In this document: positions 19,991 to 20,000 of the stretch, piece by piece | Position numbering within the stretch: the stretch's first letter is position 1 | How the letters are laid out: each line of letters starts with the position of its first letter | NCBI GenBank assembly: GCA_000934665.2 | Contig: JYFJ02002038.1 | Span: forward strand, 44,075-64,074 | From: Catajapyx aquilonaris | Lineage: Eukaryota | Direction: 5' to 3' | Length of the DNA: 20,000 nucleotides | Made by a program: the position numbers and the translations under genes | Notes under the pieces: model-generated | The model's database searches: none | The model's input: the letters and a program-made list of their open reading frames with translations, nothing else | What the model was told of the DNA's origin: nothing

Positions 19991-20000
19991 GCCTGCGGTG

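Overview
Eukaryotic (metazoan, probably arthropod-like) genomic DNA with two spliced protein-coding genes in tandem on the minus strand. (1) A multi-exon C2H2 zinc-finger gene (ATG 19305; coding exons 19305-19075, 18668-18465, 16854-16735, 14509-12584, all phase-0 junctions, ~826 aa). It has two isolated N-terminal fingers, no recognisable KRAB/ZAD/BTB/SET domain, and a last exon that is an 84-bp minisatellite-like array of 22 fingers with homogenised linkers and all-different recognition helices. A 23rd intact finger is cut off by an apparent 2-bp deletion. (2) A compact, GC/CpG-rich SPAG17/PF6-like central-pair axonemal gene (9955-9244 + 9138-6008, one 105-bp coding intron, ~1280 aa). Introns and intergenic DNA carry a full-length tRNA-derived SINE with a 16-bp TSD, further SINE heads, two TIR (MITE-like) elements, other transposon ends, and a pair of hairpins with matching 17-nt loops at the right edge. 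The first ~4.4 kb looks like noisy consensus (Ns, long homopolymers), possibly a degraded LTR-retroelement 3' half. I cannot demonstrate a wholly new biological system; the best candidates for follow-up are the PRDM9-style but SET-less zinc-finger array, the miniaturised SPAG17 and the paired hairpins. Family assignments rest on remembered motifs, not database searches.
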